A stretch of DNA of 64,000 nt from a virus (Duplodnaviria; Caudoviricetes). Where the stretch lies: positions 1,510-65,509 of IMG/VR virus record IMGVR_UViG_3300030108_002876. One strand, 5' to 3'. The translations under genes were made by a program, and so were the position numbers. Positions 19,601 to 29,300 of this stretch are shown here, in pieces; position 1 is the stretch's first letter, and each line of letters starts with the position of its first letter. The notes under the pieces were generated by a model, which had not been told where the DNA came from, did not search any database, and saw only the letters and a program-made list of their open reading frames with translations.

Positions 19601-22600
19601 TTGGATCTGCTAGTATAGCTTCGAGTGAAACGTTACCTTCACGTGCTTGCATGGTAGTCCACCCTTTGCGAACTTGAAGTTCAGTACCATACCTATCTAA
19701 TATAGCATCTTCTGCTTTACGGTTTCTGTTTTTTCTACCGCTTTCGCTAAACTTACCTCCATAAACCTGTAGCTCTACAAACTCCATCAACTTCTCGTCT
19801 TTACGATGTGAGTTTACTCTATTGTTTCTAGCTTTACGCTGCATTTCAGTGTGAACAGCAACCGCTTTTTCTCTGTTAGACAACTGATCCCAACCAGATT
19901 TTTTAGATAGCTTGTCTTGTACTTTTAAACCTTCTTCGCCATATACATCTTCTACCACGTTACCGTCTTCGTAAGCTTGAGCAACTTCGGCATGCGTTTT
20001 ACTAATTCTATTATTAGCGCTAGATAACCTTTGATCAAAAGATTTTAAATCACCACCGCTCAGTGTAGCTCTATATTTTTTTAGTTTTTTATCTATTGTA
20101 GCTTGCGAATCAGATCCTGTAATACCAGCTTCTTGGTGTATTTTTAATAAAGCTTTATTAGCTTCTAGTGTAGTTTTTAAGGTCTTTGAACCACCAACTA
20201 AAACATCAAGCTCTAAACCGGCTTGCAAATTAGACAGTCTACCTACCTCTTGAAGATAATCTATTTTAAGAGCTTCTCTCTCAGCTGGTGTTGCGGCTCT
20301 TTCCATACTAGCTGTGATCATGTCTAGATTCGTCATTACATCATTGTAAACCGCTCTAGTGTCACTAGTCGCCATTGTAGAAGTAAACGCGTTATATACG
20401 TTACCAGCACCTTGAGTTGGGCCAGCTGATATAATAGAAGAGAAAACTACATCAAGAGCGCCAGAGTAATCTGCGTCTTGGCCTAGTATTAAACTACCAG
20501 CCATTTGATCTCCAAAGAATATTAAGCCTTCTTCAAGAACTTCACTACCAGTTTCTTTAGCAGTAGCAAGAACACCTCTGCCTACGTTTTGATACCACGT
20601 ATTAGTTGCAGTTCTAAGGACATCATCAACCTCACCTCCAAAAGCTTTTAATAATTTTTGAGAGTTTATAGCCGTACCAAAAAACGTAGTTACACCACCT
20701 TCAATAACAAGAGCTGAAGCCATAGCTGTATACAGTTCTGTATCATCTATATCTCCAAGAGCAATGGTTTTTTCTAACTCTCCTTTTTGCACTAAGTACT
20801 CGGCCATTGATATGTCGCCGCGCTCACGTTGAGCTTCTAAAGCGGTAAGCTGCTTTTGAGCTTCTTCTCCAGCAGAACGCATATCATATATCTGCTTTTT
20901 CTTTTGGCCTGCAGATCCAGTTCCAAAAATACCAAAACCAGTGGTCGCTGAGCTTCCGTATTTTATAACGTTAGCTGACGCTCCAAGCGCTTTCAAACCA
21001 CTAGATGTTACACCACCTGTACCGACAGCTACAAGTAGGTTTGGTAATTGTTGAGTAAACGTTCTAGACGCATACTCACCTTTCTGACCAATATCCCAAG
21101 CTTCACTAGCAGTAAGCATAGTTCTGTAAGCACCTGCTCTGTCATCTATTCTTTGCAAGCCCGCTATACCTTCTTCGCTACCAAAAAAAGCCGTAGTACC
21201 CCACCACATGCCCTTCCAAGCGTCCATCCAGTCTTTCCACCTTTTATCATGATCATCAAATTCTTTTGAAACAGTATTAAGCACAGCTGCATTGTCTTGA
21301 GTTTCGTTAACAAACTCTAGATATTTAAGCATCTCACCTCTAAGGCCATTCATATAGTCTGAATTTATAGTCTCGTATTGACGATATAGGTTGTCAACTT
21401 TCTTCTGAAATACTTTGCGATCTTCTTCACTGCCATCTTCTGGCATATCTATTACAAATCTGAACGTACCTTCTTCAACATTACCCTCAGAGTGATAGCC
21501 ATATCCTGCTTTAGCAACATCAGCTAAAGTGCCATTAATAGTTGTAGCTAAACTATCGCTCTTCTGCTTTAAATGGTTTTCAATAGTAGACTGTCTAGCG
21601 CTAAAAGCGTTGATCTTAGCTTGTATGTTGTGAGGTGCTGTTTTTTCGTCTATAACACCTCTTACTATATTAGCGTTTGAAGAATTTGATATCTCTCTTT
21701 CAATCAATATGCTTCTACGTCGATCAACTTGTTCATCTACAACAGATCCTACTATAATGTTTACCATATCAGAACCTGCTGTCAATGAATTTCTAACTGC
21801 TTCTTGACCTTCAAGTGATAAGTTCTTGTACATGTCAGACTCAAGCACACCGTCAAGTCTTTGCTTTTGCCAATCTGAAGCCAGTGTTTTTTCAGTATAT
21901 GTTTTTTTATAGCCCTTTACCCATTTCTCTTTCTTTGTTGTGTAGTATATAGGTTCGTTAAAATATTTTGCTATTGTAGTTATTTCTTCTTCTGGCAAGT
22001 TTGAGTCTTCTAGTACAGTTCTAATCACATCAAACGTTAGAACGTTATTGTCTTTAAGAGCTAAACTAATAGCCGTTGCACTGTACTCTGTTTCATCTAT
22101 GTCAAATGTTGATGGATCATCACGAGTAACAATATATTTATCTTCAAAAGCGGAAAGCTCAGCGTTAATACCATTAAGTACTTCGGCTTCTCTTTCAACC
22201 ATGTACTCTCTTGACTTTTGCAAAAAGTTTACGGTAGGATTGCCTTTATCATCATAGCCAAATCCGTTTTCTTCATGAAAATCTTTTGCCAAGTTCCAAA
22301 AATAGTTTTGTACTTCACCACTACTTACGCCAGCGTAATTATTGTTCATCGTACCACCAATTTCATTGGCTTCATTTTCACCTAAAGGGTTAGAATTATA
22401 GTCTTCAAAATCTTCAGGCGCTCCTCCTAAAACAACTTCGCCGTCTTTTAATACTCTATACCCTCTTATAATTACTCCTCTTCTTCCTTTTTGTTGGTTA
22501 TATCTACTACCAGAATATTGATCAAGCATATATTCACCTTGCAAATTTTTTCTCATTACTTGCACAGGATAAATTGGTTCAATAGTATATCCAGAAGCAC

Positions 22601-23621
22601 TAAGCGCTTCGTTCATACCTTCAATATCATTAAATTGATAGGCGTATTCTTCACCCGCTTGCGCTTTAGACGTGCCAAATGGATTTTCAGAAGCCCCAAA
22701 TGCTGGGTCTGCGTTACCACTATCTTTTCTTTCAAACAAAGACCATATAGGATTAGATGCTATTTTACTGTTATCACCAGTATTATACCATTCTGCAATA
22801 TTATCTACAGCTGTATCTACATGTGTTTCATCTTCATCTGATATTACTGAATACCCACCGTTTGGCTTAAATACAACAGCATGTTCGTTGCCAAATCTAT
22901 TAACATTAGTGTGACTTGCTTGCAAGTTGGGAAAAGCTGCAGTACCTTTAAAATCTCCAGCTATAGTAGAAGAAGAGTAGTTAAACTCACCTTGATACTC
23001 TCGTTTAATATTAGTTTTAAGGTCTTTAGTAAATTTATCTTCAATACCTTCAAACATACCTGGCTGATCCGCTTCATCGCCTTCAGTATAATCAGCGTCA
23101 ACTTTATCTACAAACTCGTTATACTCAGGAAACATTTCTTTAGCTATCGTGTTAGCTACGTCTCCTGAAGTCTGTGTCCAACTTGGCGCACCTACTTTTT
23201 TAGTGTAGTATATACCGTTTTCTCTTTTGTATTCATATCCATCTCCTCTATCTGAAATAATTTTAGGTGCATCTTGCGGCTCTTCAGTTACAACTTCTTC
23301 TTCTTGCCTTTGTTCTTCAATTATAACTTCTTCTTCACTACTAATATCTGTATCTACTTGATCATCATCTTCTTGCTCCAACAAAGATTCGTCTGTACTC
23401 ACTTCCGTAGTAGACTGTAAAGCGTCTGATTGCCCTTGAGTCGTTGACTCTCCGCTTGGGCTTGGCTGAGAGTCTTGATCTTTTTTTACCTGCTCGTCAT
23501 CTTTGTACTGCTTTACAAAAGCCATTATGTCAGTCTTAGCTTGTTCGCTTAACACACCGTTATTAGCAGCTTTCGCGGCATCAATCTTTTCTTGAACAAG
23601 AAGTTCTAGTTCTGGATTCAT
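13587..23621 (-). CDS. giant multidomain internal virion/ejection protein (3344 aa)
   Basis: Located after the tail genes; contains HExxH, a sigma-region-2-like segment, HAD motifs and two C-terminal C-C-C-H fingers. Confidence 0.75.
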   Translation of the reverse strand: MNPELELLVQEKIDAAKAANNGVLSEQAKTDIMAFVKQYKDDEQVKKDQDSQPSPSGESTTQGQSDALQSTTEVSTDESLLEQEDDDQVDTDISSEEEVIIEEQRQEEEVVTEEPQDAPKIISDRGDGYEYKRENGIYYTKKVGAPSWTQTSGDVANTIAKEMFPEYNEFVDKVDADYTEGDEADQPGMFEGIEDKFTKDLKTNIKREYQGEFNYSSSTIAGDFKGTAAFPNLQASHTNVNRFGNEHAVVFKPNGGYSVISDEDETHVDTAVDNIAEWYNTGDNSKIASNPIWSLFERKDSGNADPAFGASENPFGTSKAQAGEEYAYQFNDIEGMNEALSASGYTIEPIYPVQVMRKNLQGEYMLDQYSGSRYNQQKGRRGVIIRGYRVLKDGEVVLGGAPEDFEDYNSNPLGENEANEIGGTMNNNYAGVSSGEVQNYFWNLAKDFHEENGFGYDDKGNPTVNFLQKSREYMVEREAEVLNGINAELSAFEDKYIVTRDDPSTFDIDETEYSATAISLALKDNNVLTFDVIRTVLEDSNLPEEEITTIAKYFNEPIYYTTKKEKWVKGYKKTYTEKTLASDWQKQRLDGVLESDMYKNLSLEGQEAVRNSLTAGSDMVNIIVGSVVDEQVDRRRSILIEREISNSSNANIVRGVIDEKTAPHNIQAKINAFSARQSTIENHLKQKSDSLATTINGTLADVAKAGYGYHSEGNVEEGTFRFVIDMPEDGSEEDRKVFQKKVDNLYRQYETINSDYMNGLRGEMLKYLEFVNETQDNAAVLNTVSKEFDDHDKRWKDWMDAWKGMWWGTTAFFGSEEGIAGLQRIDDRAGAYRTMLTASEAWDIGQKGEYASRTFTQQLPNLLVAVGTGGVTSSGLKALGASANVIKYGSSATTGFGIFGTGSAGQKKKQIYDMRSAGEEAQKQLTALEAQRERGDISMAEYLVQKGELEKTIALGDIDDTELYTAMASALVIEGGVTTFFGTAINSQKLLKAFGGEVDDVLRTATNTWYQNVGRGVLATAKETGSEVLEEGLIFFGDQMAGSLILGQDADYSGALDVVFSSIISAGPTQGAGNVYNAFTSTMATSDTRAVYNDVMTNLDMITASMERAATPAEREALKIDYLQEVGRLSNLQAGLELDVLVGGSKTLKTTLEANKALLKIHQEAGITGSDSQATIDKKLKKYRATLSGGDLKSFDQRLSSANNRISKTHAEVAQAYEDGNVVEDVYGEEGLKVQDKLSKKSGWDQLSNREKAVAVHTEMQRKARNNRVNSHRKDEKLMEFVELQVYGGKFSESGRKNRNRKAEDAILDRYGTELQVRKGWTTMQAREGNVSLEAILADPSVAGNFEVIQADSNEDLMAKIKQEFDNGNITQDEYDALRDDTQDMFKSSTEDGVEFGALLPGGKYITIANTQQVQDALDKGEILQGTVVLHESTHAIDVLSGMNAEGQMENFARKLMTGLNGDKNLRWVDQTARDRVNALNLEQGSQEYYDEYTKSVQDILGNKYFKSEFNAAKKAAGRTSLRNWYRMATGKGFTINNSKDALNFMVSNIEAFRNGEVSKLTKSRIEGTLDGETSKKRFSRSGQEASERVQTLYEDQGVGAAMDIIDEFGGRVNKLVNKYQDVPGFDRQLLTDEINTGRRGILDMILEYDQDANPGVPIAAYINKFLDRRAIEAANRILKTEFEDDVTEARGVAAEAAAEPEVVSRTREGIRLADRFGERGQKIHDDTKQQVKRGAINTDNKTYKTLGNAVSDQVQTMFGVVPKPGNLTKGDVKNAQAFIMKHADTLIAMLPEGTDTSGKSTGVNKVLLEPFYEKGGRVSASKTGSKAGLAAQLKRDNITKQEFLETFGVTPAGQPNVSDRNTSARIKALIDQTGKAMTNQAAKEALIEQGKGQGFTFEDGKSKTLYSKTANKLQSEYSTIGQAVLNKIQSEEGLQMIEDVTGNIQGAFNNLFTDEDIRALAIEQFGRAGKKEVSLITRRFAKIGSELQQVYDEFSGFKPVKDVSVNVGILKQPLSQIIQGHIVNEITTHRQYYTTVVGENNVLDLSNPLDVEKARAGASKLGQKLAEKYGAEFNERFLVPGLAAASSRKRGFFTDGREDTRKLLGAVKGEIGDYSRPPSNYMDGNFSYDQVKKHVNNKDAIVKAQQENNKAFRQIVEELRSMVDSKEISLAQATQILETLNSSQQGLTRSSAIFDFAPTKPFKLEPALNRDGTPKLDSKGNPIMLGATLEHMTPALQVNLQALRYIATGNADQKTQFDQTMDNYRLAYLPKKYDDIVNLFYKSTVPYWQTSDMSPLGRYYGPQLLAAGFDLELSMLSTGVSIGGDAGITIDNWNRVNKERKDALGPLGGNDVGTIEQTRSNAKKANKEKSLYSRTGKKKGMTAWDFDDTLARTKSNVIFNKDGETKIVSAEDFATQGADLVAEGWVPDFSEFNKVTGGTPGPFFDKAMRRAKKYGTQDTFILTARAPESAPAIKEFLDSLGLNIPIENITGLGNSTGEAKARWLLDKHAQGYNDIAFADDALQNVEAVRKVFDEFDIKGKVEQAKTLFSRSAPARVSEIIGQGEADLNADLNIILEETKDVDRKKKFSPAKAKQRGKNKGKFKFFLPPSAEDFKGLMYPMLGKGQIGEQHHQWFKENLFDPYSNGMRRLNALQQETSGDLRALKRTHKDVKSKLKRKVPGTEFTYEQAIRVFNWNRNGVEVPGLSQADLNKLTKAVKADPQLTSFANGLEQILDKAEATVEPGDNWLGGTISMDIMETIDASRETLLQEWNNNVDVIFSEQNLNKLEAVFGSNYREALEDSIYRMKTGSTRNFGSNRLVNGFTQWLNGSIGTTMFFNARSAMLQMISNVNFINWSDNNLLAAGKAFANQKQYWTDVSMIFNSDFLKQRRAGIGTDLNAAELLKELQGSKNPMKTAISYLLQLGFTPTQAADSLAIATGGATMYRNRLNTYLEQGMSQQEAETKAFQDMREVAEETQQSTRPDKISQQQASPLGKWILAFQNTPMQYNRIIKRAAQDLINGRGDNRANISKIIYYGAVQSAIFYGLQSALFSVMFGDDEEEDDLDVKKERVVNGMVDSLLRGAGIGGAVVATVKNVIIEHLEQKAKEDDDVYMTEYNETDVLIEALNLSPPVGIKARKLVSGMRTWEYNQDVIDYMPKTDLDNPIYDASFAATEAVTNVPLSRLYNKVQNIRAALDSENETYKRVAMFLGWSRWSFGIQNQDVLGAKRELKEIKAEEAEERREQKKQEREAEKQAANEAVIQGHIDEQQEQRDNNVAEEEIQCAAVTRSGKRCSNKVLPGETYCTIHQEVPQQANEVQCSHIKSNGKRCKMKTKNKSGKCYYHD

Positions 23622-23637
23622 ATTGCTTTATTTTATT

Positions 23638-25233
23638 TTATTCTACTGGTTCTCCTGTTGGACGTTGGCGAGGCAAATTTGCATCAGCGCTAGTTCTTAG
23701 TCTAACTCTAAATTTACCACTTGGTAATTTAGTTATTATAGCTGGACCACCAAATCTAAATAATTTATCTATATCAACTTGTGACATTCCGTTGCTTCTA
23801 GCTTGTCTTTCAAATCGTCTTTGTAATTCAGTAATGTTATCACCTTCGTAAACTACATTTGTTAGCTTATTCAAAACTTGTTCAAACGTTGCTTTAATTG
23901 GTTTTTGTGTAGCAACAGTTCTGCTACCTCCTGGTGTTGATGTTTCACCTTCTGGGTTTATGTTTAGATCTATTTGTTTGAAAGTACCATCAGGTAACAA
24001 ATCGCCACGTTGTGGTTCATCAGGTTCTATTGCATCTTCACTTAAAGCCTCGTTGATTAAATCAGCTGCTTCGCTACCTTGATCTTGTGGTTCGAGTATG
24101 GTAGAATCTTCACTTTGTGCGCTAGAGTTTTGATTAGCAGCAGAGCCTGCTTGTTTATCAGCAAAACCTTTATTAAACTGTTGTATATTATTTAGTGTCA
24201 TAGCTTCAGCTATAATACTTTTAGTTACTTCTGCATTTTCTGGCCTTAACATTTCTACTACTAGCTTTTCGTAATCACCATCTTCAAAATCTGCCATAGA
24301 TATAAAGCCATCATTATTTTTATCTTCAGCGGCTCCTTTTGCTTTGCTAACAGGAAACTTAAAGTCTCTTACAGCAGGATTTGCGTTAGATACTATGGCG
24401 TCGAACATAGTGCCTGGTACACCGGCTACAACGTTTTTGTCAAGTAATATTTGCTGAACACTTGCCTTACCACTATCTATATCAGCTTCATTTTGTTTTT
24501 TAAGATCGTTATATTTTTGCATACCACTTGGCGTAGTAATATCTATAGCAGCACTAGCGTTATTTCCTTGCTCTAATAAATTTACGTTACGATCAGCTTG
24601 ATCTGCCATAAATTCTTTAGGTAGCATGTTTTTAGTAACTAAAGCTTCGTACTGGTTTTTATTTACGTTTATCACGCTACCATCAGGCATAGTAACATCA
24701 AACGTAACTGTTCCATCTTCGCTTATATTTAGTGCGGCTTTGTTGGTTTGAACTTGTTTCATAACATGCTCTTCTAATGGGTTTATTGCAGAAGAAAAAC
24801 CTAGGTTTTCATCTACACCTATTAAGCCGGTTTCTTTTTTAGCTACGTCCCAAGCAGCCATACCTTTAGCTATTTGATCTAAGTTACCTTCTGCGGCTTC
24901 TGCAGCTTCTTTGTCTATTTCACCAGTACCTACCGTAAGAGAATTTATTAAAGAATCTCTATCTTTTTCAATATATTCTCTTAATTGAGTTTTATTCTCT
25001 GCAGAAAATGTATCTCCTCCATTATCGTAAATAAAGTTCATAGCGTTATCAAACTCTTGAACTCTCTGTATGTTGTCTATTTTCTGACTAAGAGTTTCAC
25101 CTAAAGTAGTAAGCGTAGTTCTACCTTCATCAAAGAACTTTTCTTGAGCTTTGCCTACATCTCTATAACCTTTAAGCGTTGAGGCTTTTAAGCTATATAT
25201 ATTGCCTGATTGTGCTGTTGGTTTATCTGCCAT
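23638..25233 (-). CDS. putative internal virion protein
   Basis: 531-aa helical ORF between the ejection-like gene and the giant gene. Confidence 0.55.
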   Translation of the reverse strand: MADKPTAQSGNIYSLKASTLKGYRDVGKAQEKFFDEGRTTLTTLGETLSQKIDNIQRVQEFDNAMNFIYDNGGDTFSAENKTQLREYIEKDRDSLINSLTVGTGEIDKEAAEAAEGNLDQIAKGMAAWDVAKKETGLIGVDENLGFSSAINPLEEHVMKQVQTNKAALNISEDGTVTFDVTMPDGSVINVNKNQYEALVTKNMLPKEFMADQADRNVNLLEQGNNASAAIDITTPSGMQKYNDLKKQNEADIDSGKASVQQILLDKNVVAGVPGTMFDAIVSNANPAVRDFKFPVSKAKGAAEDKNNDGFISMADFEDGDYEKLVVEMLRPENAEVTKSIIAEAMTLNNIQQFNKGFADKQAGSAANQNSSAQSEDSTILEPQDQGSEAADLINEALSEDAIEPDEPQRGDLLPDGTFKQIDLNINPEGETSTPGGSRTVATQKPIKATFEQVLNKLTNVVYEGDNITELQRRFERQARSNGMSQVDIDKLFRFGGPAIITKLPSGKFRVRLRTSADANLPRQRPTGEPVE

Positions 25234-25244
25234 GATTATTGTGT

Positions 25245-25892
25245 TTAGTTACTCCCCGAGAACAAGTCTGTAAGTACGTCAGGATTTTCTGTTAAGTAGT
25301 CACCGCCCACAGCTAATAAAGCATTAAGACCCGTATTTTTTTGCTCTGTAAGACCAGCTTGAAGAGCTTGTGCATTAGCTAGCAACTGAAGATCAATACC
25401 CATTTGCGACTCTAATTTACCAAATTCCATTTGCCTTGACATTACTTCACCTTGACGCTCTGCTGTTTGGTTAGCTTGAGCCTGCTTAGCCGCAGCTAAG
25501 TTTATAGCCGCTTCTTGTTTACCTACTTGAGCACCTATTTTTTGAGCTTGCAAATCTCCTCTTTGAGCTAAAGCAGTAGCTAGAGCTGCTATACCTGATG
25601 TACCAGCGCCTTGCCTTAGTTGATCTAAAGTGTTTGCTTGAGACTGAGCTAACATATCTCTTTGCATTTCAGCTTCTTTTAGATTTACTGTAACATCTTC
25701 TAGACTATTTTCTAAGTTAGTGTAAGGGTTGCTAGTATCTAGCATGTTAAGCATTTCTCTTTGCTGATCTAATCTAGCTTGGGCTTGCTCTGCTTGCAGT
25801 CTAGCTTGCTTATTTCTACTACCACTACCAATTGCTTGAGTAAGAGGCCCAATCAATTTTAAACCGTATTCTGCTACCGTACCCCAATCCAT
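25245..25892 (-). CDS. putative DNA ejection/pilot-like internal virion protein
   Basis: Gln/Ala-rich helical protein with a Gly-rich hydrophobic N-terminus. Confidence 0.55.
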   Translation of the reverse strand: MDWGTVAEYGLKLIGPLTQAIGSGSRNKQARLQAEQAQARLDQQREMLNMLDTSNPYTNLENSLEDVTVNLKEAEMQRDMLAQSQANTLDQLRQGAGTSGIAALATALAQRGDLQAQKIGAQVGKQEAAINLAAAKQAQANQTAERQGEVMSRQMEFGKLESQMGIDLQLLANAQALQAGLTEQKNTGLNALLAVGGDYLTENPDVLTDLFSGSN

Positions 25893-25928
25893 GATGATAT
25901 ATTTTTCATTTTATTTACTCTCTTATAG

Positions 25929-25952
25929 TTACACTATTTGCCTTTTATTTAC
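25929..25952 (-). promoter_or_regulatory. putative phage-sigma (middle/late) promoter, GTAAA-N13-GTGTAA
   Basis: One of four copies with identical spacing; upstream of the internal virion protein genes. Confidence 0.6.
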
Positions 25953-26335
25953 TATTCAATACTTCCGTAGCCACTACTATCTGAAGATTCTAAGTTAACA
26001 GCAAACAGCTCGGCTTCTACTGTAGATGTATTAACCATTTTTACATTAGCATGATAACCAAGTAGTGTGCTTAGATTAGCTTTATTGTCTTTACTAAACA
26101 ACACGTATTTACTTACACCATTGTTACCAGCAAAAGGTAGTATTGTTTCACATATAACTACTGGGGAGTTACTCTGCCCGTTAGTTATTTGCCGTATTTG
26201 ACCTATTTCAACTACGTTATTATTACCGTTAGTTGTAAAACCGCCGTCACTACCTGTGTCTACATAGTATGCAGTATCTCCAACTTGGCAAGATACGTTT
26301 AGTGGCTGTGAAAATGTTAATGTTATTGATGGCAT
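25952..26335 (-). CDS. hypothetical tail-associated protein
   Basis: 127-aa beta-rich ORF coupled to the tail gene. Confidence 0.6.
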   Translation of the reverse strand: MPSITLTFSQPLNVSCQVGDTAYYVDTGSDGGFTTNGNNNVVEIGQIRQITNGQSNSPVVICETILPFAGNNGVSKYVLFSKDNKANLSTLLGYHANVKMVNTSTVEAELFAVNLESSDSSGYGSIE

Positions 26336-29300
26336 TAGCTTACTGTTATTATGTCGTCGATATAAACTTCGTGTGAAAGAGTATTATCAATATCGCCAAC
26401 TCTTAAATTACCTGTTATTACTATATTGTCTCCTACTTTCGTAGCTTCAGCGCTAATTATACTAACGTCTGTATTAGTAACTGTATTAGATAATGGGTGT
26501 GAAAACGTTAAAAAGTCGTCGTCAGAAAGTGTTACATCTGTGTCAACAACTATTCTAGTTGCACTAGTAATGCTAGCCACTTTTACAGCTACGTTGCCTA
26601 TGCTAGTGTCGTGCGTTACGTCCATACCTACAGCTATACCTCTAGTGCTATTAAGATCTATAACCTTAGCATTACTAACCGCACCGTTTACTTGCTGACG
26701 AACAGAAGTAGTAAACCCTGATATTTTTTCAGTAACGTCTACGCTACCAGTAACATTAAGCGTGTTACTATTAGGTAGTATAGTTAAAGAAAACCCTACG
26801 CAAGAAGTATTATCTTCTATGAACTTAATATCAGCGCCACTTGCAACGCTGACTGCAGCGCTTAGTATAACAGCGTTTTCTCTTACGCTAGTTACTGTAA
26901 CGCCTGCGCCAACACCTGTACCTACAACTTTCATGCCACTTACAACTCTATTTAAGTTCTTGTGATTTTTAAGAAGTATTCTGTTAGTGGTTGAAGCTGC
27001 TGATGTTTGAATGCTTGTAGAATAATAAGGAGCTGTTACATAGTCGTCGTCCTCGTATCTTGTAGGGCGTTTAATAGTTTGTGTTGGTAAAGTACCAAAG
27101 TTACCGGCTGTATCCGTTACAGGTTGTAGAGTAATTGTTTTAATACCGTGCTGTATAATAGACTTGTCACCGTCTTTAGTTGGAACTCTAGAATCTAACG
27201 TAGCTACACCACCGCTAATAGTAACAGGATATATGATTACATCGTATCTAGTATTATCAGTTACTTGAGGCAATAAAACTCTATGTATTTTCTTTTTACC
27301 GCTAGGTATTGTAGCTTCAAAATTAGTATTATCGTTAACGTCTGTTATAAAATTGTGGTTTACAAAATCATATCTACTAACTGTAGTAGCATCTGTTTCG
27401 CTGGTCTTCTTTAATAAAGATATTTTATATTTTGTATCAGCTTTACCTTTTACTGTTATAGGATAAAAACCTCCTGTGTAAGGCAGCTTTTGATCTACAA
27501 TAACGTCTGTTATTCTGTGTGTAAAACCATCTGTAGGCTCTACAGATATAACATCGTAGTTTATAAATGCGAGATGCTTTTGCTGGCAGAAACCAATTTC
27601 AGCTGGAGGATCTGCTAATAGCGGATCTTCTGGAGGAGTATATGATATTTCTACAACAATGCCAGTAGTTTGAGAGTTGCTAGTGGTTTCCGTTATTGAA
27701 GAAGAATAATAACCTTCGTAACCCAAGATACCTAGTTGGTAGTGAGCAAGCTCGTTAAACGAAACGCTTATATTTTGCAAATAATAGCCAGTGCTAGCGT
27801 TAATGGTATACTTAGCAATAACGGTACTAGTATTACTTTGTACTGTGCCAGTGTGCTGGCCTGTAAACAAATTAGGGTCAGATGCAGGAGAAACATCACT
27901 TTCAGTTATATTAGCAAGATCAGCATAAGGAGTGCCAAGAGTAACTCCAGTTTGTTCTACAATATTAACTTTTAAGCAAACGTCTCTATCGACTGATTGA
28001 CTAACTGTACCATCAATGTCTACGTATATAGTATTATTATTTGTTGGTGTGTAGCTATTTAAATGTACTCTAGCACGAACTGTATTATCGTACTCACCTA
28101 CTGTGCCAAGATCTGAGAATACTACTTTTGCCACAGGTGTATCAACATTACCACCAGTGTATTCGTTTGTAGCTGTTAAAGAACCGCTTCCTATAGTAAA
28201 GTCACTAGCTTGTATAAAGTAACCTTCAGCATTGTTTGCGCTTATCACTAAGTCTACTGTTTGAGCAGATTCAGCTGTACCAGTTACTATTTCAAAAGTA
28301 TTAGATGACACAGTAAAACCTACGTCATCAGTTGAATCCCAAGCACTACCGGTACCGTCAGCGCCAACATAACTATTAGAAGTATTGTTAGCAACAGTAA
28401 CCGTCATAGTTTCACCTAGACCGCTAGTGTCGTGTGCAAAGCTAGCAGTACCTAAACCTTGCACAGAAAACTCATGTTCATCTAAATTAGATAGCGTGGT
28501 TGTTTCACCACATATAGCGCCATAGTATTTACCTTCTCTATTTATAAACTCTATTTCTCCACTAGTTTGAAGATCAGTAGTTATGATTTCAGTATACCAA
28601 CCTGCAGTACCTGCGCTATCAGCTCCTGGTCCACCTAAGTTGTAATACTCTCCGTCTGTTATTGAGCTATTAGTCTCAAGCCCGCTGTTTGAACTATAGT
28701 TACCTGTTAACCAAGAGCTGCTGCTTTCAGTATCAAAGTTTGTTATTCTAGCGTTTGTGCCTTCGTAGCTTATAGAGTTAAATGTTTTAACTGATTGAGG
28801 GAAAGCATTAAAAGGTATGTTTACCGTAGAAGTATATTGAACTCCATAGAAATTATTTCTAGGAACAACAGCTTCTGAATCGTCTAACTCTACGTGATGC
28901 TCGTATAAATGACCTAAGTTAAAAGTAAAAAACTTATTGTTTAAACTTATACCTTTTTCTGGTATGTAAGATCTAAAGCTTGTCCAGCCACCTGTCGACT
29001 CTGCAAATGCTAATGTAGTTTGTTCATAAGGTCGAACAAAAGCTGAAGCACCGTAGTTAAAGTGATATTTATTTATACCAAGGTTGTACTCTCTTTTACT
29101 TTCGTCGTACATGCCTATGCATCTAAATACTCCTTCTCTAAATGAGTCGCGGAAATAGTCAATCATACCGACATTGGAAATAGATGTTATACCTTCAGTA
29201 GTTAACTGCAATACGTGACCACGAGCAGTGTCTGTGAAGTAAATTCTATATGGCGTTACTGCTATAGACTCTGGATTAGTTGCAACTCCGTAATCTCCTT

